A stretch of 63,928 nucleotides of DNA, filler included, from Phoronis australis (GCA_002633005.1; 6 parts of 6 records of this genome joined end to end with filler, not necessarily neighbours in it); one strand, 5' to 3'. Counted from the first letter of the whole stretch, positions 48,201 to 62,536 are shown. A program made the numbers and translations. Notes: a model not told the origin generated them from the letters alone.

Positions 48201-48949
48201 TGCGTTTGGGCACAATTTCAATCTTACGGATTTGCAATAAGACTACATGTATAACGAGCGCTTATGCCTGCCTCTGCTTCCTAAAATAACAGAGGAAATA
48301 ATTTTGCGTTGTTAGGCAAAATTCACAAAACGTAACTTTAAGGTTTACTGTTATTACAATGTACATATTTGCTTAAGAAGACACGCTTGGTTTAAGCCCC
48401 ATAATTAGACACATTAGACTGGGCTGTAGGAAGCCGGAAGGGGGCCGGGGGCAAGTGGTCCCCCAAAAAGTTGCAGGCGTCAGTGTTAAACTAATATAGG
48501 CGTGGGTCCGAAGACAGTCAACAAATGAAAGCCTGCGATACTGATAATAGAGACAGTTCAAGAGAACATTTCAAGTAACACCTCAGCATCAATGTATGGC
48601 TTACCCTTTGAGGGCCCTGGGCAGGACATTGTTGTTAGGCTCTCCGTTTTTGTAGCATACATGATAGGTCTTCTATACCACTTGATATCGTGAACTTTTA
48701 CATTCATACATGTATTTCGAAAAATGACAAAAATTTGCAAAGCGAGTACCTTTGCGGAATAAATTATCTTCCTGAATTTTTGAGTTCAATAATACAATTT
48801 TGCAAACGCAAAACTATATCTTTCAAGAGGCCCTACTCTACCAAGGGATAACGGAGACAATTGTCACTCTATTTTTTCGTTTTTTCTTTTAATCGTAAAA
48901 CTCATGAGAAAATTTGATTCAATGACCGACAAGACTAATTTCTGCGAAT

Positions 48950-49230
48950 CTTTCTGATTTTTGAAAATATAGATCTTTTGATATTTAGGGGCCCAGCCCT
49001 TGAAAGGGGTCATTGTTGGCATTTAAGTGCCCACCATTTTCGTGTCTTTATTGCCAAATTCTTAAGGGCCCCTCAAAGAAGGGGTCCAATGTTAGAATCG
49101 ATTACCTCTATTTTCATGTTTTTCTTGAAATCATATAACCAGCTTTCATGTTGAGGAAAGTCACTTCTTGCAGGGAATGTAATAAACTATCACTTTCTTT
49201 TTTCAAGTTTAATGATGTTCATCCTTTCAT
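48950..49230. repeat. Dispersed repeat; direct copy at ~50920-51230
   Basis: Shared TTTTTGAAAATAT..ATATTTAGGGG.CCCA.CCCTTGAA.G..CAAATTCTTA.GGG..CTTTCATGTTGA..AGTTTAATGATGTT. Confidence 0.75.
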
Positions 49231-52200
49231 CTTAGGTGTACTATTTCAAACGGGACACTCCCTCCGTTGGAAAATCCGAGGGAAATGTTACTTTGTCCCT
49301 GTATACATGTAAATTCGACACTGACAAATATTTGCAAGTAGAGCTTGAGATTCCAAATTCACCAAAAACACAAAAAATTATGCACAGCACAACAGTATTA
49401 ACTTCATGTGACAGAAATAACCAAAACATGTGGAAAATAGAATAGGATTGAACGCCTAGAAAAGTTGAAATTTTAAAGAACGTCAAGACCACTCTTTGTG
49501 AATTACACAAAAGACTATCTCCGATGTTTTGAGTCATTTCACATTACAACCCCTACAGATGAGCACAGAAACTTTATATTGTCTCTTGTATTTTTGACCA
49601 TTTCACTTCCACTTAAAACCAAGCTAGACTAAGAAAAATAACTAGATTAGTGTGCTTAAATTTCAAAAACCTAAATCGAAAAAGAAGATTTACTCCTTAA
49701 CTTGGAAAGGTTCTGTGCATTTCCTTGAATTCTTTTCTTTCCAGCAATATTGCGCAATGAATTTTAACTTTTCTTTGTTCTTCACTGAAAAGTGAATCGT
49801 TTCCTTGCCCGTCGAGTGCATACTACGTAGACGGAGCACGTCGTGACTGACTGGTGTAAGCATGGAGTATGCCTGCGCAGAATCTCACATATCCACGGGC
49901 ACTGAATTTGAACTCCAAGCGTTGAAGTGTGTACATTTTGGGACACACTCAATATCGTTTTCTGTAACCACCAGAACCTTGTCTACCGGCCGTGTTTCAA
50001 GAAAGGATTCTGATACGGTCCCAAAGGCACTTTACCAGGGACCTCAGGACCTCCCCTTTTCAAAAATTTCCTTCAAAAATGGAAATAATAAAACGAATTT
50101 TCCCCAAACTGGAACATAATAAAACGAATTTTGACCTTAGAGCCAGCGCAGAAAGATAGGTACGAGCTAAGCTGCCTGTCTCAAGCGACTCATATCTGAG
50201 CTGACCAGCGCTAGTAGGCAGTTATCGAATTTTATATTTTCACACTGTCTGTTAGATCTAAGCTACAATACTTGTTGACAGATGTAGCTCCCAGCTACAT
50301 GTACCCGTCAGTGCGCTGGTTCAAGACTCAGTCTTTCCGTGAAACTTAGTTGATTGGTTACTCAAATCATGATGGGAATGCCTCGCCCCACCACCCCATC
50401 AACACTTATGGCGGATGTGTTGGGAATCTCAGTACACCGTTTTGGCATCACTTTGAGGGGGTTGGCGAAAGGAAGGGGGTAGTTTAGCAAAGCCGAGTTG
50501 GTTTGTGCCCCTTCCCCCCAATAGTTTTTGCTTTCCCACAAGCCTGTTATATAGTGTATGTTATCATGTACAGGAAGTGCAGCTGAGGGGCCAGCAGGAA
50601 AAATACTGATATAGTGCTGAGGAGATGAACGCTTTGGTAGATCCGAAATAATGCACGGATCGTCTAAACGCACTTGAAAACGGTCACGTAAAGATTCGTG
50701 CATTATATTTCGAAAAAACAAAAAAAAATAAAAGCGAAGCTATTGAGGAGCGTATTAATTTACTTGATTTTTAATTTCAATAAGTCAAAATTTTGCGACT
50801 GCAAAACTGTATTTTTCCAAAGACCCCTCTCCGGCAAGAAATAACAGAAACAACTGCTGCATTTTTCTCAATTTTTGTATCACTTGATGCCCTGGCAGAT
50901 ATCATCAATTGCTGCACATTTCTTGATTTTTGAAAATATTGATAATTTCATATTTAGGGGCCCCACCCTTGAAGGAGGCTATTGATGACATTCAAGTAGC
51001 CACCCTTTCTATGTCTTTGTTGACAAATTCTTAGGGGTCTGTCTCACTGATATATAGAGAGCCCAATGTTGAACTTGATTACGTCTAGTTTCATGTTTTG
51101 CGAAATCGTTGCAACTGACTTTCATGTTGAAGAGGGTCATTTCCTGCACCGTCTTGTGACCACACGCCGGTGGAATGAGTTTAATGATGTTTAGCCTTTC
51201 ATAATTAAGTTGTCCCATTTCAGACAGTACCCTCTCTCGGTGGAGCAGTTCGGGATATGTNNNNNNNNNNNNNNNNNNNNNNNNNNNNNNNNNNNNNNNN
51301 NNNNTTAATTAATTAANNNNNNNNNNNNNNNNNNNNNNNNNNNNNNNNNNNNNNNNNNNNTACCCTTGACCAACTTTGCAACATTGGTAACAGAACTTGG
51401 GAAAAAAAATAATTCACCTTATTATTAACTGTACTGTTTTGACAAATGGTTCACCTTATTGCAAACAATACCGATTCGAAAAATGGTTCCCGTTATTGCA
51501 AACAACAGTTGTCTTTTGAGTCAACCACTATCTCTACCTCATTTTGTTGCCATTTCAGCCAAATCATATCACTTGTAAACCATAGTGTAAAGACAGTTGT
51601 GCATATCATATTGTAAATATCAATGCGTAACGGAATCATATTCTGCCAAATACATGTTCATCGATTATCTTGCCCCACCGAGAGCATATAATAATAGAAA
51701 AACATGCTATTTTACTTTAATCTAGATTTTCAGTTATAAAAGCATTTTACTTTAATCTAGATTTTCAGTTATAAAAGCATTTTTCTTCATAAATTGACAG
51801 TTTTTTATTGTTCAAAAATACAATCAACTGATATTGCAGTATTGTTGACAAAAGTTATCTGATCTTGTTTAAACCTGCTTTTTATGTAATCATAGATTAT
51901 CGCACCATACGTCTGTTGATAATGTACTCTAAGCTATTTTAATTGATAGCCTGACACCAACTAAGCTTAGTTGTTTGCAGAGTTCTTGAATTGCTCTCTG
52001 GACAAACAGGGTAGTGTCTGACTGATTCTAGTCTAGTTTGATGAATGTGTATTTTTTCTCAAACCTTTTGGCGTAGTAGAAATAATATTCAGATCATGTT
52101 TATCGATGTCCTTTTAAAATGTTAGCCCAGTGTCAAATCTTTGAACTCTGACTCGACTTAGGCTCAGGCTTGAATTTTCAAGTGAAAATGAACCCACTTT

Positions 52201-54063
52201 CCATCTCAAAAAATTTTTGATTTAACCACTTACCATTATGAAATTGGTCTAGACCGTTCCTTAGTCAAACTGGAAGAGACTTCAGTCCATCCGATGAACT
52301 GACAGCCATTTGAGCCCATGTTCTTCATTAGTGTGTTGCTAATGTCAGAATCTGAAATATTTTCAGAATTGATTAATCAGAAATGCTTTTTGATTCAAGG
52401 CTCAACTCTGAATCAGTTTTGAATGATATTGCCACTGTGTACTGACGAGGCTGTTTTCTAAAGGTAGGCTGTGAAACCATATCAAAAACCCGTATCTTCT
52501 GTTTGACTAGTAAATACCAGATGAGGCTGTCCTCCATTGCGTGTGGTTGAAATGACTTCACACCGTTTAGGCGACATGCACCCAATTAGACTTCACTTCA
52601 TTTACAATGATCACCATTCAATTCTGTACAGAAAATAATTTCTGAATTCAGTTAACCATTATTCAAGGTCTAATTACAAACTATTGACAAGTTCCCAGAA
52701 ACTTTGTTTTGTGATCGTTGCACAGTGGAAACCATAATATTGAAGCAGAAGTGGGGCTTTTTCATATTTTCAATGTAAAAAAATGTCAATAGGATTTGTC
52801 CATCACATTGTATGACAATGAAAAATGATATTATATAAAACAGACACAGTTATGGTGTTATTGTATGGAATGTGAAATTCAATGTACCAGATTCCATACT
52901 TTCTCATAACAGTACAGCATAGATATTTTTCCTGCATCAGTATAGCTGTTGTAGGTTGAGAGAAGTATATAATTGCTGGAGCCTGTCTTACTATGAGTTT
53001 TGGATCAGAATGAAATTTTTCTGAACTCAAGTGCTCATTTAAACCACATTTTTTGTTCCATCTTGACTGTAGTGTTAAGGTCAGCCATACTATTAACTTA
53101 AATGGACATATCAAGCTGTTTTCAACACAATAGCCCTGTCTGTGGTTTGGAACTTGGGTGAAATATACAAACAACAATGTATTTAATGGCCTAGAAATGT
53201 AATGCATACCACACAGTCTCATGGGTCAATGTGCCAATATAATATTAGAAAATTTATGTTATATAGTAGCAGAGACGCTCTTTGATGTGGCAAAAGTTTT
53301 GTTCAGTTACCAGTAGTTTTGACTGAAGAGCTTAAAAAGAAAATTCAAAGGCACTTTATTCACAAAATTTATTGCTACATTCGTAATAGTCTGTACAGGG
53401 AGAGATTAATGACGTGGATATGTCAGAATACTTAGTAATCTTTCAGACATTACTAAATTTTTAAGGTGATTGAATGACAAACTACTTAAGTTTCTCATCC
53501 TGTTATGTTATCATCTACCTGCTGGCCACCTGATCTCATAATTCAGTTGTAACCTGACCAACTGGTGATAAAAGACTGAACTAAAGTGTATATTTGTTGT
53601 AGGGTCCTTTGCCATTGTACTTTGAAACTTGCCATTCAAACTGAAGTCTCATATGAGTCCAGTAACATTTGTCTGACGTGAGAAAGTGGTATATTCTATA
53701 CACCTCCTGGTCATCAAGCATGTTCGTTTTACTGGCCACTTACCATATTTCCCATACTTGGCCTACCATCCACCTCCAGTTCTGTTATGGACACCTCAAA
53801 AATGCCTAATCTTGTCTGAATGCTCGCATCCCAAAATGTAGTGAACTTTGAGTCAGTTTCAGCGCAACCTTGTTTTATTCTGACCTCTTGTTCTTGTAAA
53901 ATCGGTCTCATGACATTCTTTCTGTGATAGGATTCTGTTTCTGTTACCAGCTCTAGTCACTGTNNNNNNNNNNNNNNNNNNNNNNNNNNNNNNNNNNNNN
54001 NNNNNNNTTAATTAATTAANNNNNNNNNNNNNNNNNNNNNNNNNNNNNNNNNNNNNNNNNNNN

Positions 54064-54203
54064 AACAAAAGGATTATCAACCATGAGTTGCAATTGCACA
54101 TATAAAAAACAAAAGGATTATCAACCATGAGTTGCAACTGCACATATAAAAAACAAAAGGATTATCAACCATGAGTTGCAACTGCACATATAAAAAACAA
54201 AAA
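54064..54203. repeat. 44-bp tandem repeat x3 at contig edge
   Basis: Unit AACAAAAGGATTATCAACCATGAGTTGCAACTGCACATATAAAA. Confidence 0.93.
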
Positions 54204-54434
54204 GCTGAGGCACGATAAATACGTAGCTCTTTACTTGTACAACTAAGCTCAAATGTTCCATTTTTAGCAGCCCACATGGTATCACGAAATTTATCTTCAG
54301 AACCACCAGGATGTGACCTGGAACTCATCGTGTTGGATCGTCTCCCATTTCCCTACGGTAGTACGGTTCCCATCCGCTTCTCACCATCTTTAATACTTCT
54401 CAGGGTCATAGATCTCACCAGCAGCAGTTTGATA

Positions 54435-54590
54435 TACCGTAATCGTTCGGTTAACGCCCATGCTCAATTAAGCGCCCCGACTTTAAGTGGATTTTCGATT
54501 TAACCACCCACTGCTCGGTTAAGTGCCCTCCCCCGATTTTTTTGATTTGCCAATTTAACCACCCAGGGCGTTAACCCAAACGATTACGGT
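54435..54590. mobile_element. Tc2-like MITE (~155 bp) with TA target site
   Basis: TACCGTAATCGTTCGGTTAACGCCC ... GGGCGTTAACCCAAACGATTACGGTA. Confidence 0.8.
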
Positions 54591-55134
54591 AATAAGCTAA
54601 CATTTTGAGAACCAATTTGATGCCAGTTATTCAGTGGAGAAAACTGGTTCTCAAAATGCGGGCATGTACCGATTACACCTTAACTGGACACCAATACAGT
54701 CGGTATTTTTTCACTCAACGTGCAAATCTAGATTTTTTAGGTTATGCAATCATATTGACAGAATTCCTTCACCTCTGGCAGATATTTGTATGATGAGCTT
54801 GTTTTAGCACTAGTACTTATGAAATTTACAGTGACATTTTAAAGTACAAAAAACGTTAATTATGGCCAAAGTAATCCTTAACATACGTAGCTGTATATAG
54901 CCAGAAATCATTATTTTGTTTCACTGATGCATTGCATGTTTTTAATACATGTAGCCTTTAATTAAATCACACACTTAATTGAAATTTAATGTTTTTTTCA
55001 TGATCTTAACATGTATTTCTTTTTTTTTTTCAAGTGATTGCAGGGATGTGAGAAGTCAAACACTACATCGTACAAGTACAATCGCTACATTTTATTTGTA
55101 TACTCACACCTTGTGAAGCATACTCAGGTGTGAA

Positions 55135-55294
55135 CAGGGAGGGATCCAGGATTTTGAGTTGGGGGGGAGCAGGGCAGAGCATTTGCCAGGATTTTCCTTG
55201 TCACATATTCGCACTTCCGAACTGCCAAATGGAATCTGGGAGAATTTCAGTTAAGGGGGCCATGGCCCCCTTGGCCACCCTTAATCCACCACTG
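55135..55294. mobile_element. GC-rich MITE CAGGGAGGGATCC..ATCCACCACTG with apparent 5-bp TSD GTGAA
   Basis: Imperfect TIRs with GTGAA on both sides; a related end occurs at ~57813. Confidence 0.6.
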
Positions 55295-55599
55295 GTGAAC
55301 CTATTTTTTATATTGATGTTCAGTGATTAAGTACATGAGTTACCGGTAATAAAGTTTCTTGTTTGTAAGCCAGATTTAAGTCTTTTTTCCAACATGGATG
55401 TGACAGTACCTATGATGTATTCTCCGTAGCCCACATTTTTTGTTATATCAACAGGCCAATTATCTCAACAACTAAATGAGAATACTTAACAAAAATTTTA
55501 CCCAATATTCTATATATCATGTTAACTCCAATAAAAGAAGTCTCAAAGCTGAAACGAAAACTTCATAAAATGCCACTTCTGAAATGCCAAGTAGAAAAA

Positions 55600-57000
55600 A
55601 ACCACTTGCTCAATGCTGACATGAAACCAGTTTTCCCGTAGTGTTGCAACAGTTCAACAATTTGTCTCAGATGTTCATTGAATCAAAATCGATTCCAAAA
55701 CAAGACAGCAAAATCGATTCTGTGATCTCGCTGAAATTGAAAATTGAAACATTACAGCGTTTTCTCGTTTAGCCCAATGTGTTCGATTCTGTAGCCCAAC
55801 AAGTTGTGAAGATGACCTCTGCAGCCAACATCTTACACGACTGATTAATTCCATTCTGGCATTTATGATTGGAGGGCCACAGCTTTCTTTTGTTCGATAG
55901 TCTAATCAGTCCAATAAGATCCTACTACTAGCCAGACTCGGCTGTGCTCTTAAGAATAAAAGTTGAGTTATAACGTAATTGAACATAAACCAATGGCATT
56001 TCTGAATGCTCGTCAAATGCTGGTCATGTTTAGTTTTTGAATCGCCAAAACCTCCAACTACGAAGATACACCAATCTATTCTTTCCGAACATGGTTTGTA
56101 ATAAGCCTGGTAGATAATTGGTCTGCCTGTTGTCATACCAGACAAAAGACTTTGCTTGGCAGTTAACAAAGGAGCTAGATGTCATCACATGCTCACAAAC
56201 CTCTACTGACGTCTGGTAAAGTCACTGAACGGGAGAACGGCGTCATGTCATGATGATCCTCTGCAACTCATTTACAAGAAGTTTATGAGAACCAGTTGTT
56301 GGTGATTGCACCTGGCTAAGAGGAATAGAGGATAGTTACAGCTTCTAGTTCTAGTGAAGACTACTGATGATTGAAAAACAGGCCGTCGTGTTTCTGATGT
56401 GAATGGTAATCAGAAAACAATATCCACCTAATCGATCGCTTTTTAGACGCGACATAAGCTCCAGTGCGTGGGTGTATCAGAATTACACCGAGTCTATCAG
56501 TATCAGGATCAAACCACACAGTGGCATATAGTTCTCAACTGGGCCCGTCGGTCGAGATTGTCTAAGACTAAGAGTAAGTCAAACTCTAAGTCTCTGTCAG
56601 TCTGTGCTGTGCTGTGGCTGCGCACAGAACGAGCAAATCATATTTTGAAAAGGCAATTTTCGACACTGAAAGACAGTCAGGGAAATCACAATCTGGTACG
56701 ATTGTATTTAACCAGTACCGGTATACTTGCCTTAAATGTCCAGCAAAAATTCAACATCAACAACGTCCTCTTCAAACACAGCAGTCAGCAAGCAGTCACC
56801 TGAACCTGTTTGCAAATTTGCAAAATGCAAATAGCCGAGAGCGACATCTGTTGTTTTCCAATTTACTATTGCAGCGCTATCTATCCATAATAACTGTTGA
56901 CCAGCATGTAGAACAGGCATGAGTCCGAGGATTCCCCGCTTCACCTTCAGTGACTAACATGGGAAGCACAGCACTGCATGCATGCACGCACCAAGCCTTC
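55600..57000 (-). mobile_element. Heavily decayed CR1/L2-type LINE ORF2 N-terminus (PHD and AP-endonuclease-like)
   Basis: Fragments MLVTEGEAGNPRTHACSTC (cf. LLSGDVELNPGP..CxxC), AITNNWF, YQAYYKP, FVVGGF, RILLD; many stops. Confidence 0.4.
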
Positions 57001-60000
57001 ACCATGGGGGGTCGAATTTCTGACGTTGTTGCGAATTGCTGAGGTTTCAGGGAAGACAAAGCCTTATCAGCATGGATTCGTCAATTTTTACTAATTCGGC
57101 CACTAATGACTGGGCCCCTGCTGATGACATTTTCTACAACTTTAGTAATATATTTCTTCCATGAAATTTCACTTAATTTGGTCAAAATGTTTCTATCCAG
57201 AAAACGATGGCAGATGCATGTTTTTGAATGATTCTGATCTGTGTTGCAATGAGTGACACTAAGTTAGCCGCATTTTGGAAACCGATTTCACCCAAAACTG
57301 ATTTTGTCACTTGTTGTCACATTCCCATAAGCGATTAAAAATGTCATCTCTTAAAAATATTAAACGCACGGGCTTCAAAATTTCATGTTAGCCAAGGGTT
57401 ACATCTATCAAAATAAATCTGAAAGGATGTCACTACTAATTACGCCTCATGTGTAAGTCCAAATGCACCCCATTTCTGAAAATAACTTAATTAAAGATTT
57501 TTCACATTGTTGCAGTTATAGAAACATTATATTTGATTAGTGCGTTTATCTACCTTCTGCTGTAGGTATGCATAATGCATGTCCACTGCGAACACAAAAA
57601 TCAATCAAGTCAATCAAATGGGCCATTGGCTAGAATGCATGCAAAAGGCAATCATAAATTTGACGGGAAGAAAATAAAATCAGGCAATTTCGTGTTGCTG
57701 CATGCGAGTTTGTCTTTGCTGTACAATAGGTTTTATAACTAGCATAAACCATGTATTTCTGTTTCCACATGCCACACTGCTGCGTCATTTTTTCACTATA
57801 CGTTAGTGTACACATAGGCGGATTTAGGGAGGGGGGCCCGCCCCCCCTTGACTGGCTGCCGCGGCAAGCAAAATGGAACAGCAACAGCGTGAAGCGTGAG
57901 GAAATAGGACCAGGAGCGGAGAAAGGGAGGCTCAGACCCCAGATCGCGGCATTCCGTTTTTCTCTTTTTTTAGTCTGCTGGTAGATTTTCCGGAAAGAAG
58001 GTTCACATGCCCGGCTTTGCCCACTTCCCCGAGACAACATATGTTGCCCCCCCCCCNNNNNNNNNNNNNNNNNNNNNNNNNNNNNNNNNNNNNNNNNNNN
58101 TTAATTAATTAANNNNNNNNNNNNNNNNNNNNNNNNNNNNNNNNNNNNNNNNNNNNAGGAAGATTTCAGGTAATTTGTTGAGTCGAAACTATATTTTTAT
58201 TCAAGAGTACAAGTTTTCCTATTGACGATCGCGATTCAGCGACGCATCAGTCGGCAAGTTTTCGCCCTGTGATGAGCACAATTTTTTGAAAAATTATCGT
58301 AATTTAACAACGGAAGTTGATAGCAATGCACCACAATTTTGTAGAAAGGCTGTCATAGGCTACAAATACGTCACAGAGCGTAAATTTGATGAATCCTAGC
58401 TTCCGATTTTACCCGTTTGGGAAACCGGGATTCAACTGCCGTAGGCTCACTACAATAAGCGTCCCCTCCCCGTGAAATGAATTTTTTTAAGCGTTTGTTT
58501 GAGCCAATACAGTATACAGCTTTCCACCAAGGCTAGTTGATGCAAGACATTATTCTTTGTTGCATTATAGCAACTGGTCTTGACTAATTATCATTTTATG
58601 GCCTGGTCATCCATTCAGCCAAAAGTAGTTCCAGAGGTGGCTTATCAGCCAATTATTCACGCATGCTGACTCACAATAGAAGCCTGATAAGAGTGAAGGT
58701 GGATAAATGCGGTGTTCCTACAGTTTCTTGTTTTAGTGGATGTGTTCATGACATGCATTTATGCCAGTAAGTGACCTATCTGCAAAGTTGGTTTTTGTTC
58801 ATTTTTGCTGCTTTAAGCTGTGCTCTGAACTGACATGCCTTGCCTGGATTCCTTGAAATATCACACTAAGTAAGGGTTACACAGTAATGTGTTAATAGCG
58901 GATTAAAAAAATATTAATAATGACTGCTAGACATAATGTGATATAACTTTCTCCACGTTGATTGTGTAGCATTAATAACCAGTAGAGTACTGTTTGTTCT
59001 TGCTGTAGGTGTTGATAAACAACACTGGTTTAGACTGTGTTGATTTCAATCTTATTGACAAACTGTCCATCTAACTAAATGAATAGTTTTGTTAAATGCT
59101 ACATGAGACATGAATCAGTTCAGTTATACCTGTTTCAGCTCCTAGTCTTCTCATCACAGAACACACTAAACACATAAACACACCTGCCAGACTGGCAGCC
59201 CACATTCTTCAAACAGGATGAACTGCCTGGGACTGATAACAACCTTGGTTTATGATGATATCCTTGTCATATGCTAATCTGGACAGTCCCACTTACTTAG
59301 TCAGCTTGGCAAATAGGTCAGCCCTGTGTTTGTTAGAGAAATAACACCAGCAGATGAACTGGGTGGGTGAGTTCATTGTTGGACTGACGTCAGGGTGTGA
59401 AACAATTCAAAAAGTGGTTTGGATACACCCGGCCGACTTGTGGTTTCGTGTACCCACACACTTGTAGTTAATGTAGTGTTGAGTTTGTGTACTCACTGGC
59501 TGTTATTTCTTCACTAAATATAGTTGATGTGCTTGTTGCATTTTGTTTTGTCTTCATTGGTTGCTGTGTTTTATTACTTAATCATTACATTTTATGTGTT
59601 TTAAAACTTAAAACCTGAAAGTTCGTGATTTTATTTTATTTGGTGCGATTTGTAACCTGATCAAGTATAAGTAACCTTTGGTTTCCTAATTCACAGTCCT
59701 TTTGATCAATGAAGCAGAGTCAAGTCACTCTGGGACATTTAGTGTTGAACATAAATGAAATGCCATGTTACTGACTTCTCAGTTATTGTGGATTCACCAT
59801 AGTGTGAGTTGTGTTTTGTCTTTGGCAATATGTTTCTGCCGCAATTGCTATAGAACATACCAGGTTGTACCTGATATTTGAGAGAAAATGAGATATTAGG
59901 TAAGCATTTAGTAAGATCTTGTTTATTTTTTCAACAAGCATTCCAAAAAGATTTTTAACAAAGGAACATCCGTTTTTCATATTCTTAGGGTTCACAACTA

Positions 60001-60366
60001 AATCTATTAACAAAAAACAAAATAATTACAACACTGAAGTATTATTCAAACTAAGCAAATTTCATGAAAACATTAAAAAATATTAGTGTCAAAGATGGCT
60101 TCGCTACCAAGGAATTAAATGTGTTCTTCTAATTTTAGAAATTTCAAAATTTATTTTGTAATATGTAGAAGTTAGAAAAGGTGCCACAGTTAAATCTAAT
60201 TGCGCAGTACAAACTGTTAATTTGTAAAGCTCCGAAGCTAACCAGTTGTTACTACTAAGTTTAATTCAAGATAACCACCAATTGCGTCAAGTGCTAATTT
60301 ATTACTGTTGGTGATGCACTTGCCTATATGTGCACACAGACGAACAACCTTACTTTGTATGTGAGA

Positions 60367-60810
60367 ACAACCTATGACAGTGTGCCTGTAGGCTGGGCAC
60401 AGAGTACAACCTGTGACAATGTGCCTGTAGGCTGGGCACAGAGTACAACCTATGACAGTGTGCCTGTAGGCTGGGCACAGATAGAGTACAACCTATGACA
60501 GTGTGCCTGTAGGCTGGGCACAGATAGAGTATAACCTATGACAGTGTGCCTGTAGGCTGGGCACAGAGTACAGCCTATGACAGTGTGCCTGTAGGCTGGG
60601 CACAGATAGAGTACAAACTATGACAGTGTGCCTATAGGCTGGGCATAGAGTACAACCTATAGCAGTGTGCCTGTAGGCTGGGCACAGATAGAGTACAACC
60701 TATGACAGTGTGCCTGTAGGCTGGGCACAGAGTACAACCTGTGACAGTGTACCTGTAGGCTGGGCACAGATAGAGTACAACCTTTGACAGTGTGCCTGTA
60801 GGCTGGGCAG
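60367..60810. repeat. 40/44-bp minisatellite, ~11 copies
   Basis: Unit ACAACCTATGACAGTGTGCCTGTAGGCTGGGCACAG(ATAG)AGT. Confidence 0.95.
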
Positions 60811-61847
60811 ATACAGAGAGGAGTGTTTAACAAAGGGGATGTATCGAGAGGGTGAATATTAAGTAACAGAACAGTTTCTCTGTTTTCTGTGGTGGAAAGT
60901 TCAATTAAAGTTTGTTCTGTGGAGTATGCAAGATCAACAAAATTTGTTTGTTGTTTCTCAGCAATTTGAATCAACTGCCACTTATCCCTACTTTTTGTGC
61001 CTTTCACAAGAGACGTTGAGATTCATAATATACAAAAAATACCTTTAGTTCTCAGTAAAGTCGTTTTCTTGCATTCTTATTTCTAGCAACATTTTAGTAC
61101 ACCTCCTATAATAGCTCCTCTATAACTTTTCATGTTTTTGGATGACACCTACGTAGGTGACTTCTCCTCTGGACTCTCTCACACCTTTCAAGGCATGGCA
61201 TATGTACCCTAGAACTTAAATCAATTTTATTCTATTCCACTAACCATTTTAGATGCTCTGTTTAATATCCTGGGTGAAAGTAAAAATTCCAGGAGTGGCT
61301 GAAAACAATAGGTAAGTCTTCACAAAGTTCCATTTCTCAGGCATGATATAGTCAAAGGGAACTGTATGACATTCTTTGCAGCAAGGTGATCACCTTTTGA
61401 AAATTGCGATTTTGGCAATTATTTTTGTGTGAAATAATTGAAAAATTATTGTACTTATTACTAGGGATTTTAATATAATACAGTGTGATACAATACATGT
61501 CTGGTTAATGGGAACACCTTTTGCAGCTGATTGAGAATGTCTGCATACCGTGTACATTTGGATTTCTTGTCAGTACTAAATTGGGATGATTCAAATTCAA
61601 CTCGACTGAGATGGGCGCGAAGTTAGTGACCTGCACTTGAATGCATGTGCAAACATCATTACCTTTTTTTCAATCTCTAAGCACAAGAAATTTTTTGCCA
61701 CTGAAAACTAATTAAAAATTTCCGCTGAGTATTATGTCACATGTATTTGATATGGCTATGCTTCCTTAATTCTAAGTATGTCTAATAGGAATATAAAAAA
61801 TTTTTGAAGAAAGGCTCTGTGACTGATTTTAATAGTTGAGAGTGGAG

Positions 61848-62322
61848 TCACAAGTAAACCACTTCTTCAGGTTTTGGGACTTCCCCAGAATGTGTGTAAG
61901 TAGGGTTGTTTTGAACCATGCTAGTAGGCAGTTCTAACTCAAAATAAGATGGCTCGAATGGTGATCCATGGTTTTCATCTGTTGTTGCCTGTGCACTGTA
62001 TACTCCTGGTGCTTGTGAAGCTGTTGGCAGTGCTGGCAGTTGACGCTGGTTCATGTTGTACGGCCTGTTGTTTGCTGGTAGTTCAGTATATATCGGCTCA
62101 ATGATAGCGGGTTTGTTGGCATTGCCTCCACTGTAATTCACCGTCTGACCGTGTCTATGTGTCGAGTACGGGTGAGATTGTGTGTGTTGAGCACCTTTCT
62201 CGTATGAATCTCCGGTCATAGGTGTAGACAGCTTTTCTATGGGCTTGCTGTATTTGTTGTCGTTCATTGGCTGTCGTGGCCGTCCGTAGTTGCGGATGTC
62301 CAGTGTTGTGTATTGATGGCCA
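61848..62322 (-). CDS. Last exon (5'-truncated by gap): low-complexity cytoplasmic tail with multiple tyrosine motifs, probably of a cell-surface receptor
   Basis: Frame is open from the gap to the stop; contains YTTL, YSKP, YTEL, YNM, YFEL, NPTY, RQLPALP and C-terminal EEVVYL*. Confidence 0.7.
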
Positions 62323-62422
62323 NNNNNNNNNNNNNNNNNNNNNNNNNNNNNNNNNNNNNNNNNNNNTTAATTAATTAANNNNNNNNNNNNNNNNNNNNNN
62401 NNNNNNNNNNNNNNNNNNNNNN

Positions 62423-62536
<114 letters not shown>

